This document shows, piece by piece, positions 8,993-19,433 of a DNA stretch of 64,000 bases (its first letter is position 1; each line of letters opens with the position of its first letter). The translations under genes were made by a program, and so were the position numbers. Origin of the DNA: an uncultured Actinomycetota bacterium (GTDB lineage Bacteria; Actinomycetota; Actinomycetes; Actinomycetales; CAVURS01); the NCBI GenBank assembly GCA_963794535.1, contig CAWCEI010000012.1:56238-120237 (forward strand), in the 5' to 3' direction. The notes below the pieces were generated by a model. That model saw nothing but the letters and a program-made list of their open reading frames with translations. It had not been told where the DNA came from and searched no databases.

Positions 8993-9664
8993 GTGCCCTC
9001 GCCTCCCGGCTCGAAGCCCATCACCGTCGCGCTGGTCGACGACTACGACGTTGTCCTGGCCGGGGTGGCCAAGATGCTCGACCGGTACCGCGACCGGGTC
9101 GTCGTGGTCGAGATCGACGCCAACGAGCCGCTCAAGGACACGGTGGACATCGCGCTCTACGACTCCTTCGCCCAGCCGGAGTCCGACCATGACGAGATCG
9201 AGGTGCTGGTCGGCAACCCGCGCGCGCATCGCGTCGTCGTCTACACCTGGAACTTCCACCCGGCGCTGATCGAGAGTGCCCGCAGCAAGGGCGCCCACGG
9301 CTACCTGTCGAAGACCTTGCCGGCTCGCGATCTGGTGGACGCGCTGGAGGCCGTCCATGCCGGCGAGCTCGTCATCAGTGACCCACCGCATCGGGCGGAC
9401 CGGCCCACCGGACAGGACTGGCCCGGCAGGGTCGAAGGGCTCACCGACCGTGAGTCCGAGGTCTTGGCCCTGATCACCCAAGGCAAGAGCAACGCCGAGG
9501 TTGCCCAGCTCACCTACCTCAGCCCCAACACCGTCAAGTCATACATCCGCACCATCTATCGCAAGATCAACGTCGACAGCCGCACCAGGGCGGTGCTCTG
9601 GGGGATCAACCACGGCTTCACGCCCGACCACCACCGGATCGACCACTGGCGGCCGGCCGGCTAG
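8993..9664 (+). CDS. NarL/LuxR family response regulator
   Basis: LVDD receiver start; LTDRESEVL...GKSNAEVA...SPNTVKSY HTH. Confidence 0.92.
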   Translation: MPSPPGSKPITVALVDDYDVVLAGVAKMLDRYRDRVVVVEIDANEPLKDTVDIALYDSFAQPESDHDEIEVLVGNPRAHRVVVYTWNFHPALIESARSKGAHGYLSKTLPARDLVDALEAVHAGELVISDPPHRADRPTGQDWPGRVEGLTDRESEVLALITQGKSNAEVAQLTYLSPNTVKSYIRTIYRKINVDSRTRAVLWGINHGFTPDHHRIDHWRPAG

Positions 9665-9715
9665 CGGTCAGGCGACGTACACCCTGTTCCGCGGCACCGC
9701 GGTTACGGTGGGGAA

Positions 9716-10089
9716 ATGATCGACCGCATCGACCACCTGGTGCTCACCGTCCAGTCGCTCGAGACGACCTGGAGTTCTATACCCAGTGCCTCGACTTCCA
9801 ACGGGTCGACACTCCCGGGAGACCCACCGCGCTGCATTTCGGGCAGCAGAAGATCAATGTCCATCAGGCCGACCACACGTTCGATCCGAAGGCGCAGCAG
9901 CCCACTCCGGGGGCCGCCGACTTCTGCCTGATCGCCACCGTGCCACTCCGCGACGTCATGGACCGGCTCGCCCGGCATGGGGTCACGGTCGAGCTGGGTC
10001 CGATCGAGCGCACCGGCGCCCTCGGGCCCATGCAGTCGATCTACTTCCGTGACCCCGACGCCAACCTCGTCGAGGTCAGCAACTACTAG
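9716..10089 (+). CDS. VOC/glyoxalase family protein (frameshifted)
   Basis: IDRIDHLVLTV, QKINVH, GAADFCL and SIYFRDPDANLVE across frames. Confidence 0.85.
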
Positions 10090-10981
10090 CCCTTGGTCGA
10101 GTGGTCGGCGATCGACTGCGTGGCGGCCCAGCTGGCGAGCATCTTCAGCCCGTCCGCTGCCGGCGTACCGGCCGGTGCCGTGTAGACGAGCAGGGTCAGG
10201 CCGGGATGCGCCGGGAACTCCATCGCCTCGAAGTCCAGGTCAAGCCGGCCGACCACGGGATGGTGCACGACCTTGTGTCCGGTGCGGTGGAAGCGCACGT
10301 TGTGCGAGGCCCATCGGGTCCTGAAGTCGTCGCTGCGCGTGGACAGCTCGCCGATGAGCTCGACAGCTGCTTGTCGTAGGGATTGCGCCCCGCTTCTGAC
10401 CGCAACATCGCGGCAATGTCGTCGGCCGCCCGTTCCCAGTCGACGAAGAAGTCCTTCGAGGCGGGATCGAGGTAGACGAAGCGCGCGTTGTTCGCCGGGC
10501 GCCGTGGATCGGCCAGCACGGGTGCGTAGAGAGCACGGGCGAGCTGGTTGGCGGCGAGCATGTCGTGGCGCGCGTTGCGGATCCACGCCGGCGCGTCGGA
10601 GATGGCGTCGAGAATCTGCTGCATGCCGACGGTCAGACCGCTGGCCTTGCTCCGCCGTTGCCGCGTCGGACCCGCTTGGGCCGCGCGGGCCAGGTCGTAC
10701 AGGTGGGCCCGCTCGGCCTCGTCGAGCTGCAGGGCATTGGCGACGCCGTCCAGCACAGCGTCGGAAGCGCCGGCCAGGTTGCCGCGCTCCATCCGTACGT
10801 AGTAGTCGATGCTGACCCCGGCAAGCAGTGCGACCTCCTCGCGGCGCAGTCCCTTGACCCTGCGGTTGCTACCGCCGTACGCCGGGAGGCCGGCCTGGTC
10901 CGGCGTCAGCCGCGCCCGTCGGGAGACGAGAAACTCACGGACCTGGGATCGCTGGTCGGCGGGGTCGGCGGGAGTGCTCAC
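10086..10981 (-). CDS. XRE/MmyB family transcriptional regulator (one frameshift)
   Basis: EFLVSRRARLTP...GLRREEVALLAGVSIDYY; C-terminal HHPVVGRLDL. Confidence 0.92.
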
Positions 10982-11082
10982 GGCTCAACGATAGGTCGGC
11001 CCCTTACGACGAGGGAGGTACTGGCGTTACCTGGAAGAGCAGGCCCTTCCTTGACGAGGGCGAAACCCTTTTGCTTGTCCAC

Positions 11083-11415
11083 ATGACCACGGAACAGACA
11101 CCCGCCCAGCGCTTGGTGGGCGACATCGCCCCGAAGCTGGCCGAGCTCACCGACGACGTGCTGTTCGGTGACGTCTGGGCGAGACCCGAGCTCAGCCCGC
11201 GCGACCGGAGCCTGATCACGTGCGCCGCCCTGGTCACCAACGGCAGCACGGAGCAGCTCCGGGGGCACCTCGCTCGCGCACGCGACAACGGGCTGTCCGA
11301 GACCGAGCTGGTCGAGGCCATCACCCACCTCGCGTTCTACGCCGGATGGCCGCGGGCCATGTCCGCGGCGGCCGTCGCGCGCGATGTCTTCGCCTCGCCC
11401 AAGGAGGACCAGTGA
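11083..11415 (+). CDS. Carboxymuconolactone decarboxylase family protein
   Basis: LFGDVWARPELSPRDRSLIT, HLAFYAGWP. Confidence 0.9.
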   Translation: MTTEQTPAQRLVGDIAPKLAELTDDVLFGDVWARPELSPRDRSLITCAALVTNGSTEQLRGHLARARDNGLSETELVEAITHLAFYAGWPRAMSAAAVARDVFASPKEDQ

Positions 11416-11810
11416 CAGAGCCGGCAACCGCTCAGCCTGGCTGGGCTGAGGATGACCTCCGACGCATCGGCGGCGCAGACGAGCTGCAGATCGCGTCGCG
11501 CCGGCCGGACGGCACGCTGAGATCGTTCGTGACGATCTGGGTCGTGCGCAGCGGGGACGAGATCTATGTCCGCTCGGCCCACGGCCCCGAAAACCCTTGG
11601 TACCGGCGTGCATTGGCCAGCGGCTCCGGGCGCATCCGAGCCGGCGGTGTGGAGCGCGACGTACATCTCACTGCGGCCGGCGACGCCGACCAGGCGGCGA
11701 TCGATGCGGCGTACCACTCGAAGTACGACCGGTACGGCGCGCGGATCGTGAACACCGTGGTCGGCCCGACCGCTTCCCAGACAACCTTGCGAGTCACCCC
11801 TCAATACTGA
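11412..11810 (+). CDS. DUF2255-like protein
   Basis: ELQIASRRPDGTL, TIWVV, YVRSA, IDAAYHSKY; GTGA overlap with the upstream gene. Confidence 0.8.
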   Translation: MTEPATAQPGWAEDDLRRIGGADELQIASRRPDGTLRSFVTIWVVRSGDEIYVRSAHGPENPWYRRALASGSGRIRAGGVERDVHLTAAGDADQAAIDAAYHSKYDRYGARIVNTVVGPTASQTTLRVTPQY

Positions 11811-11829
11811 CTGAAAGGCCTGTCCCCCA

Positions 11830-12798
11830 ATGGAATACACCAAACTCGGCCGTTCCGGCCTCACCGTCAGCCGGCTCGCGCTGGGCTGTATGAGCTTCGG
11901 TGACACCAGTCGCGGCTTCAACGAGTGGGCGCTCGACGACGAGGCCGCCGAGCCGATCTTCCGGCAGGCCGTCGAGACCGGCATCACCTTCTGGGACACC
12001 GCCAACGCCTACGGGTTCGGCACGTCCGAGGAGATCGTCGGCCGCGCGATCAACCGCTACAGCCGCCGCGAGGACGTCGTCCTGGCCACCAAGGTGTTCT
12101 TCACGATGCATGACGGTCCCGGGGGGTCGGGGCTGTCCCGCAAGGCGATCCTGGAGCAGGTCGACGCCTCACTGGCCCGCCTCGGCACCGACTACGTCGA
12201 CCTCTACCAGATCCACCGCTTCGACCCGGAGACACCGGTCGAGGAGACGATGGAGGCCTTGCACGACATCGTCAAGGCCGGCAAGGTGCGTTACCTCGGG
12301 GCGTCGTCGATGCACGCCTGGCAGTTCGCCAAGCTGCAGCACACCGCTGATGCGCACGGCTGGACCCGCTTCGTCTCCATGCAGAACCAGTACTCGCTGA
12401 TGCAGCGCGAGGAGGAGCGGGAGATGTTCGGTCTCCTCGGCGACCAGGGCGTGTCGTCCATCCCGTGGAGCCCGCTGGCCAAAGGGCGCCTCGCCCGGCC
12501 CTGGGGTGAGCAGACGACCCGCAGCGCGAGTGATGCCACCGCCCGGTGGGTGCTCCCCCACGACGACCAGCCGATCGTCGACGCCGTACAGGCCGTCGCC
12601 GAGTCCCGGGGCGTCCCCATGGCGCAGGTTGCCCTGGCGTGGGTGCTCCGCAACTCCGGCGTCGCCGCGCCTATCGTCGGCCCTACGAAACCTCAGCACC
12701 TCGCCGACGCCGTCGGCGCATTCGACCTCACGCTGACGGACGACGAGGTCACCCGGCTCGAGGAGCCCTACACACCGCGCGAGCCGACCGGCTACTGA
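11830..12798 (+). CDS. Aldo/keto reductase
   Basis: LGCMSFG, WDTANAYG, LGTDYVDLYQIH, GKVRYLGAS. Confidence 0.95.
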   Translation: MEYTKLGRSGLTVSRLALGCMSFGDTSRGFNEWALDDEAAEPIFRQAVETGITFWDTANAYGFGTSEEIVGRAINRYSRREDVVLATKVFFTMHDGPGGSGLSRKAILEQVDASLARLGTDYVDLYQIHRFDPETPVEETMEALHDIVKAGKVRYLGASSMHAWQFAKLQHTADAHGWTRFVSMQNQYSLMQREEEREMFGLLGDQGVSSIPWSPLAKGRLARPWGEQTTRSASDATARWVLPHDDQPIVDAVQAVAESRGVPMAQVALAWVLRNSGVAAPIVGPTKPQHLADAVGAFDLTLTDDEVTRLEEPYTPREPTGY

Positions 12799-12851
12799 CG
12801 ACCCGAAGACACCGAACACACTGGCCAGCAACGAAACGAAGGAGGCCCCCC

Positions 12852-13874
12852 ATGCGTGGCGCCATCATCTACGGAGCCCGAGACGTGCGCTTCGAGGAAC
12901 GAGCCGACCCGACCATCGTCAAACCCACGGACGCGATCGTCCGCACCGTGGCCGCCTGTGTCTGCGGGTCGGACCTGTGGCGCTATCGAGGTATCGAGGA
13001 CGTCAGCAAACCGACCCCGATCGGCCATGAGTACGTCGGCGTCGTCGAGGCGGTCGGCGACCAGGTCGCCAGCGTTGCCCCCGGGGACTTCGTCGTCGGC
13101 GGATTCCTCACCAGCGACAACACCTGCCCGGTCTGCCAGGCCGGGATGCACTCCCACTGCCTGAATGTGACCGGCTACGACGGCTGTCAGGCTGAGCTGA
13201 TCAGGGTCCAGAACGCCGACGGCACTTTGCTGTCGACGCCGGAGCGACCAGACGACTCGATGGTGCCGAGCATCCTGGCTCTCTCCGACGTCATGTGCAC
13301 CGGGTGGCACGCCGCCGTGAGTGCCGACGTCCGACCCGGCGGCACGGTCGTGGTGGTGGGCGATGGCGCCGTGGGCCTGTCCGGCGTACTCGCCGCCGCC
13401 CAGCTCGGGGCCGAACGGATCATCGCCATGAGCCGGCACGCCGACCGACAGGCACTCGCCAAGGAGTTCGGCGCCACCGACATCGTGGCCGAGCGCGGGG
13501 ATGACGGGGTCGCTGGGGTCAAGGAGCTCACCAACGGCATCGGCGCGGACTCCGTGCTGGAGTGCGTCGGCACTGATGAGTCCGTCGCCCAGGCGCTCAG
13601 GTCGGCTCGCCCCGGAGGGATGGTCGGTTGGGTTGGTGTTCCCCACATCACCGACCTTCCCCAGCAGCACATGTTCTGGAAGAACGTCGGGCTCCGCGGT
13701 GGGCCGGCGCCGGCTCGCGCCTATCTCCCTGACCTGATGGAGCGCGTTCTCTCCGGGCGCATCGAGCCGGGCAAGGTGTTCGACCTCACCCTTCCCCTCG
13801 CCCAGGTCGCGGAGGCCTACGCCGCCATGGACGAGCGGCGCGCCATCAAGTCCCTGCTGACCCCTGACGAGTGA
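12852..13874 (+). CDS. Zinc-dependent alcohol dehydrogenase
   Basis: CVCGSD, GHE, GDGAVG. Confidence 0.93.
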   Translation: MRGAIIYGARDVRFEERADPTIVKPTDAIVRTVAACVCGSDLWRYRGIEDVSKPTPIGHEYVGVVEAVGDQVASVAPGDFVVGGFLTSDNTCPVCQAGMHSHCLNVTGYDGCQAELIRVQNADGTLLSTPERPDDSMVPSILALSDVMCTGWHAAVSADVRPGGTVVVVGDGAVGLSGVLAAAQLGAERIIAMSRHADRQALAKEFGATDIVAERGDDGVAGVKELTNGIGADSVLECVGTDESVAQALRSARPGGMVGWVGVPHITDLPQQHMFWKNVGLRGGPAPARAYLPDLMERVLSGRIEPGKVFDLTLPLAQVAEAYAAMDERRAIKSLLTPDE

Positions 13875-13903
13875 CCCGAACCGACTGAAAGGCAGGGCGC
13901 GGC

Positions 13904-14308
13904 ATGGAGCTCGCCACCGTCAACGACACGTCGAAAGCCCCGGCCGAGCGATTCACCGGCGATGTCTACATCACGTCGATCCACCAGGCGCGGCCGCCAT
14001 CTCATCTCGTCGCCGCCCTCGTCCGGTTCACCCCAGGCGCCCGGACGAACTGGCACTCCCACGCACTCGGGCAGACCCTCCACGTCACGGAGGGCGTAGG
14101 GCTGGTCGGCAGCCGCGACGGGACAGTCATCCGGATGCGCGCCGGCGACACCGTGTGGACACCGCCGGGCGAGGAGCACTGGCACGGCGGCACCGCCACC
14201 AACGTCATGTGTCACATCGCGATGCTCGAGGACACTGACGACGGCGACCCGACGACCTGGCTCGAGCCCCTCACGAATGAGGAGTACGAGACCGCCCAGC
14301 GCGGCTGA
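13904..14308 (+). CDS. Cupin domain protein
   Basis: FTPGARTNWHSH, EEHWHG. Confidence 0.9.
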   Translation: MELATVNDTSKAPAERFTGDVYITSIHQARPPSHLVAALVRFTPGARTNWHSHALGQTLHVTEGVGLVGSRDGTVIRMRAGDTVWTPPGEEHWHGGTATNVMCHIAMLEDTDDGDPTTWLEPLTNEEYETAQRG

Positions 14309-14337
14309 CGGCAGTCTGCACGGGCTAGTTTTTGACA

Positions 14338-14967
14338 ATGGCTCTGTCCCCCAAGGAGTTCTTCGACCATGCCGTCGCCGCCGCAGACGAAGAGCATCGG
14401 CTGCCGCTGTCCCGGATGACCGGCTGGGACATCAGCCCGTTCGAAGCAGCCGGTCTACGAGTGTCTCGACTGCGTCCACCGGTGGTTCCAGAGCCGCCGA
14501 GGTCCGGTGAGGACCCGGTGGACTGCGAGTCCTGTCGGAGACGCGACGAGGGAATCTGGCTCGACGATCATTGGCGGTTGACCCGGATGTCCGGGGTGGG
14601 CGTCCCGCTCGTTCTCATGCTGCACCCGCGTGACCACTACGACCTGCCGGACCTCTCCGACGATCTCGCGGCCGAGCTGGGGGTCCTCAGCACACACATC
14701 GCTCGACACGTCCAAGCACTGCCGCACATAAGCCGCTGCCACGTCTACCGGATCGGCGACGGAGGTGCCCATCTCCACGTCTGGTTCTTCGCTCGCCCCG
14801 AGGGCCAGGCCCAGCTGTACGGGTCGTGGCTGGTCGTGTGGGACGACCTCTTGCCCGAGTACCCGGCCGACCTTGCCGACGAGGACGCCGGGATCGTCGC
14901 CGACGCCCTCGTGGCCTCGTACGGCGGTCAGCGCGGCCAGCGCGGTCGGGTGACCAATTCCGAGTAG
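14338..14967 (+). CDS. HIT-like fold protein
   Basis: CESC near the N-terminus, HPRDH, GAHLHVWF. Confidence 0.7.
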   Translation: MALSPKEFFDHAVAAADEEHRLPLSRMTGWDISPFEAAGLRVSRLRPPVVPEPPRSGEDPVDCESCRRRDEGIWLDDHWRLTRMSGVGVPLVLMLHPRDHYDLPDLSDDLAAELGVLSTHIARHVQALPHISRCHVYRIGDGGAHLHVWFFARPEGQAQLYGSWLVVWDDLLPEYPADLADEDAGIVADALVASYGGQRGQRGRVTNSE

Positions 14968-17900
14968 AGAACGAGGGCGAGCTTGCCGATCAGTGGTCGC
15001 CGATGCTCGAGTCCGCGATGACCGCCCCGAGTCAGCCCGCTGCGCCCACCGCGGCGTCCAGTCCACTCGCGCGCACTGCCGCGCCCAGCGCCACCGGCGT
15101 CCGCCACGTCGCCACCAGTGGGCCGTTCGCCATCTGCCCGGCCGACCCGGCGCACCCCCGGCTGGAGCCGGAGGCGTTGACCGTGATGCGAGCCTTGACC
15201 GACGACGGCAGCCCGAACGCCCAGCAGCTGGCCACCGGCGCCGGGGTGAAGGTCGCCTTCATCGCCGACGGCATCGATCCGGACAACCCCGACCTGATCC
15301 GAGCCAACGGACAGCACGTGATCGTCGACTACCAGGACTTCTCCGGCGAAGGTCCAAGCGCGTCGACGTCCGGCATCGAGGCTCTCGGCGACGCGTCATC
15401 GATCGGCGCACAAGGCCGGGTGAGCCATGACCTCGCGGCCTACGTCAACCCGGCGTACGCCTTGCCCGCGGGCTGCACGATCAGGATCGTCGGAGTCGCG
15501 CCGGGCGCGAGCATCGTGGCCCTGAAGGCGGGGGGCTCGTCCCTCTTCACGTCAGCGATCCTGCAGTCGATCGACTACGCAGTGAGCACCGCCCACGTGG
15601 ACGTGATCAACGAGTCGTTCGGCCGCAACGCCTATCCGGACGACTCGACCCGTTCGGCCATCTCGCTGTTCAACCAGCTGGCCGTCGCGGGCGGGGTCAC
15701 GGTCACGGTCTCGTCCGGCGACGCCGGCGTGACCGGGACGATCGGCGCAGAGGCCACCGACGCGGCGGTGATCTCGGTAGGAGGGACCACGACCTCCCGG
15801 ACCTACGTCCAGGAGGGGTCCGGCGCGAGTGTCTTCTCGAACGGCACACTGGCTCAGCAACAACATCGCGACCTTGTCCTCGTCCGGCTTCAGCCAGTCC
15901 GGACGGACAGTCGACCTGGTTGCCCCGGCCGACTCGAACTGGGCTGTCTGCGATGCAGCCTTCCCAGACTGCATTGACAACAGCGACGCGGGCAGCCCGA
16001 CCGACCTCCAGAACTTCGGTGGCACCAGCGAATCGGCGCCATTGACCGCCGGCGCCGCCGCCCTGGTCATCGAAGCCTTCCGCTCGACCCACGACGGGGC
16101 CTCGCCATCACCGGCCACCGTGAAGGCCATCCTGACCGGCACGGCCCGGGACCTTGATCTGCCGGCCGACGAGCAGGGGTCGGGCCTGGTCGATGCCCGC
16201 GCCGCCGTCGAGGCAGCGTTGACCTACCCCGGAGCCAGCACGCCGGCTCCGGTCACCGGCCCCGCGCAGATCGTCAGCTCCCCCGGACAGACCACACTGA
16301 TCGGCGCACCCGGGACCCAGCAGACGGCCCAGGTCGAGGTCACGAATGTCGGCACCCAGACGCAGACGGTGTCGGCGTCGTCCCGCGCCTTCCCCGCAGG
16401 CGGCCCGGACGACACTCAGCGCTTGTCAATCCCCTTCAACGCCAAGCATCTGCCAGCCTTCACGGACGTCTACGGTGGCTCCCGCGCCTACAAGAAGTTC
16501 ACCTTCACCGTCGCGCCGGGCACGGATCGCCTCCGGGCTCGGATGGCCTACCCCGGCGTGGCCCCGCAGATCCTCTGGCTGACCCTCTTGCAGCCGGACG
16601 GGACGTTCGCGGCCTACAGCTCGCCGCAGGGGCCGGGCGTGCCGGCGAACTACGCCAACATCGACGTCCGCAAGCCCGTGGCCGGGACGTGGACGGGAAT
16701 CCTGACGTCCCGCGCCGGCACCGGCTTCATGGGCACCGCCCTCGTCGGAATCGCGTCGCAACGCGCCCACGCGCTCGGGACGATCACGCCCAGCACGTTC
16801 GTGCTGGCACCTGGGCAGAGTCGCATGGTCTCCTACCAGGTCCCCATGCCGGCACAACAACAGCGTCGACGTCGACTCCTCGCTCGTGCTCGCCACCTCG
16901 AGCGGCCAACGCAGCGCCGTCTCGATCATCCGCCGGACCCTCCTCGACGTCAGCCCGGGCAAGGGAGACCTTCGGGGGTGAGATCACTGGCGGCAACGCC
17001 CGCACCAGCACGCCGGCCCAGACCTTCGGCTTCGAGTTCGACGTGCCGAAGGGTAAGCGGGACCTCGACGTCGCGCTCCAGCTGCAGCGCAGCAAGGAGA
17101 GTGATCGTCGAGGCCGTCCTGGTCGACCCCAACGGCGAGCCGGCCGACATTGCGAGCAACCTGTCCATCAACCGCACGGGCACCGCCGTCACCCAGGAGC
17201 TCGGGATCCAGATGTTCGACGCGAGGCCGATCCCGGGTCGCTGGCGGCTGGTCGTCGTCGCCCAGAACCCGGTCTCCGGGCGGATGCTCGAGCAACCGTT
17301 CACGGGCTCGATCGGCTTCGACCAGGTCGTCACCAGTGCACCCGGACTACCCACATCAGCCAACACGGTGCTGCGAGCGGGCCAGCCCGTGAAGGTCGAC
17401 ATCCGCGTGCGGAACAACGGCGGTGTCCCCCACCAAGGGCCGGGCGCGAAGAATCGTGGTGGGGCTCGACCCGCGGTTGGAGCGCACCACCACGTTCACG
17501 CCGTACGACTTCGGCCTGGGTCGGGTCGACCTCCCGTCGGACGGGTCTCTGACGCCCTTCTACGTCGTACCCCCGAACACCCAGGCCCTGACGGTCTCGG
17601 CCCACTCGACCCGGCCGGCTCAGCTGGTGCTGAGGCTCTGCCGCGGGCGGGATCGAGGTGGCCGGTGACCTGAACGCCGCCCAGAACGGGGAACACCACC
17701 TCGACGGTCAGCATCAGCGAGACAAGCGGCTATATCGGGATGGGACTGTGGTTCACCGAGATCGGGGAGATCGGACCGTTCGGTGACGCCGGGGCCGCCG
17801 CTGGATCGTCGCGAGTCACCGCCACGATGCGGGCCTCGCCTTCGACCCCACGGTCACGTCCTCGACCGGGGACCCGTTCAGATCGCGTACGACGGAGGCT

Positions 17901-18030
17901 CCGACGGCTTCGGGACACCGGTGCTCATCCGACCGGGCCAGGTGGGCGTGATCGACATGACCATCACCCCGCATGGCAAGAAGGGCGACGTGGTGACGGG
18001 TCGCCTCAACGTGGCCGCTGACCTCCCTCT
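14968..18030 (+). pseudogene. S8/S53 subtilase with C-terminal beta-sandwich domains, fragmented by frameshifts and apparently truncated
   Basis: IADGIDP, GVAPGA, SSGDAG and GGTSESAP motifs over consecutive frames; no signal peptide or clear start; boundaries approximate. Confidence 0.75.
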
Positions 18031-18032
18031 CG

Positions 18033-19373
18033 TCAGGCCGGCTGGATGTTGTGGTTGGCCGCGAAGAGGTTGTCCGGGTCGTAGCGACGCTTGACCTCGG
18101 CGAGCCGTTGCCGGGTCTCGGCCGGATAGATCGCGGCCACCTCCTCGTCGGTGGCCCGGGTGAGGAAGTTGGCGTAGGCCCCGGTGACGTGAGGCTCGAG
18201 CGAGCTCCAGATCGCGGCCAGGCCCGGAGCAGCCGCCTCGACGACCGGCGCCGGGCCCGCCGTGAGGGTCATGAGCACCAGCTCCGCCTGCCGGTGTGCG
18301 TACGCCGTGGCGTCCTCCGGGACGCGGGAGACGGCACCGCCCACACTTCGCAGACCGATGAAGGGCGTCCCTTCCGTGGCCGCCACCCGGGCCAGGATCT
18401 CGAGCACCTCAGACACCGACTCCTTGTCCACGAACGCGCTCCGCGTGACGAACTGCAGACCCAGTGGGGGGACGGCGCCCTCGACCAGTGCGTCCACGTA
18501 AGGCACCAGGGCCACGTCGTCATGAAGGACCGTGCCCAGCCGGCGGATCGGGTCGATCGCCGCTGCCGCCAGCTCCGGGTTGTCACCATCGAACGCGAGG
18601 TGGATCTCCATCGGCGCCGCGGCCCCGCCCGCCATCGGGTTGGCGAGCTCGGCAGTGGAGGTCAGCTCCTCCGGCGCGGAGCGGAGGTAGTCCGCCCAGC
18701 CCTGGAGAACCCTCGCGGCCTCCGATGGCGGGAACGCGATCTTGCCGTAGTAGACGTCGGTCGTGCGGTGGGCCCGGAAGTCGAAGCTGGTCACGATGCC
18801 GAAGTTGCCGCCACCGCCGCGAAGCGCCCAGAACAGGTCGGGGTGCTGCTCGGCGCTCGCCCGCACGACCTCACCGGCGGCGGTGACCACCTCAGCGGCG
18901 ACCAGGTTGTCCAGCGCCAGACCGTGCTTCCTGACCTTCCAGCCGATGCCTCCGGTCAGCGTCAGACCACCGACGCCGACGCTCTTGGTGTCACCCGAGG
19001 AGATCGCGAGGCCGAGCGGGGCCAGTGCAGCCGCGACCTGACCCCAGGTGGCGCCGCCGCCGATCCGGACGAGGTGACTCTGCTCATCCACGACCGCCAC
19101 CGTCGCGAGCCCGCTGAGGTCGATCACGACCCCACCGTCGTTGGTGCCGAAACCTTGAAAGCCGTGACCGCCACCTCGCACCGACAGCGCGAGCCCGGTG
19201 CCAGCTGCAAACCGGACACCCGCCTGGACATCGGCGACGCTCGTCGGCCGCAGGACGTACGCCGGGGTCCCCGACGCCAAGACCGTCCGGCTGACAGCGT
19301 CGTACGTCGGCTGACCCGGTTCGATCACCTCCCCGTCGAAGTCGCGGCGGAGGGTTTCCAGTGCGAAGTTCAT
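18033..19373 (-). CDS. FAD-binding oxidoreductase (BBE/VAO family)
   Basis: RGGGH, DLFWALRGGGGNFGIVT, YANF...KRRYDPDNLF. Confidence 0.95.
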   Translation of the reverse strand: MNFALETLRRDFDGEVIEPGQPTYDAVSRTVLASGTPAYVLRPTSVADVQAGVRFAAGTGLALSVRGGGHGFQGFGTNDGGVVIDLSGLATVAVVDEQSHLVRIGGGATWGQVAAALAPLGLAISSGDTKSVGVGGLTLTGGIGWKVRKHGLALDNLVAAEVVTAAGEVVRASAEQHPDLFWALRGGGGNFGIVTSFDFRAHRTTDVYYGKIAFPPSEAARVLQGWADYLRSAPEELTSTAELANPMAGGAAAPMEIHLAFDGDNPELAAAAIDPIRRLGTVLHDDVALVPYVDALVEGAVPPLGLQFVTRSAFVDKESVSEVLEILARVAATEGTPFIGLRSVGGAVSRVPEDATAYAHRQAELVLMTLTAGPAPVVEAAAPGLAAIWSSLEPHVTGAYANFLTRATDEEVAAIYPAETRQRLAEVKRRYDPDNLFAANHNIQPA

Positions 19374-19433
19374 TGCGTGCCTTCCTGACTCATCGGGTTC
19401 TGTACCTGTCCGACGAGACAGGGGTCCGCGATG

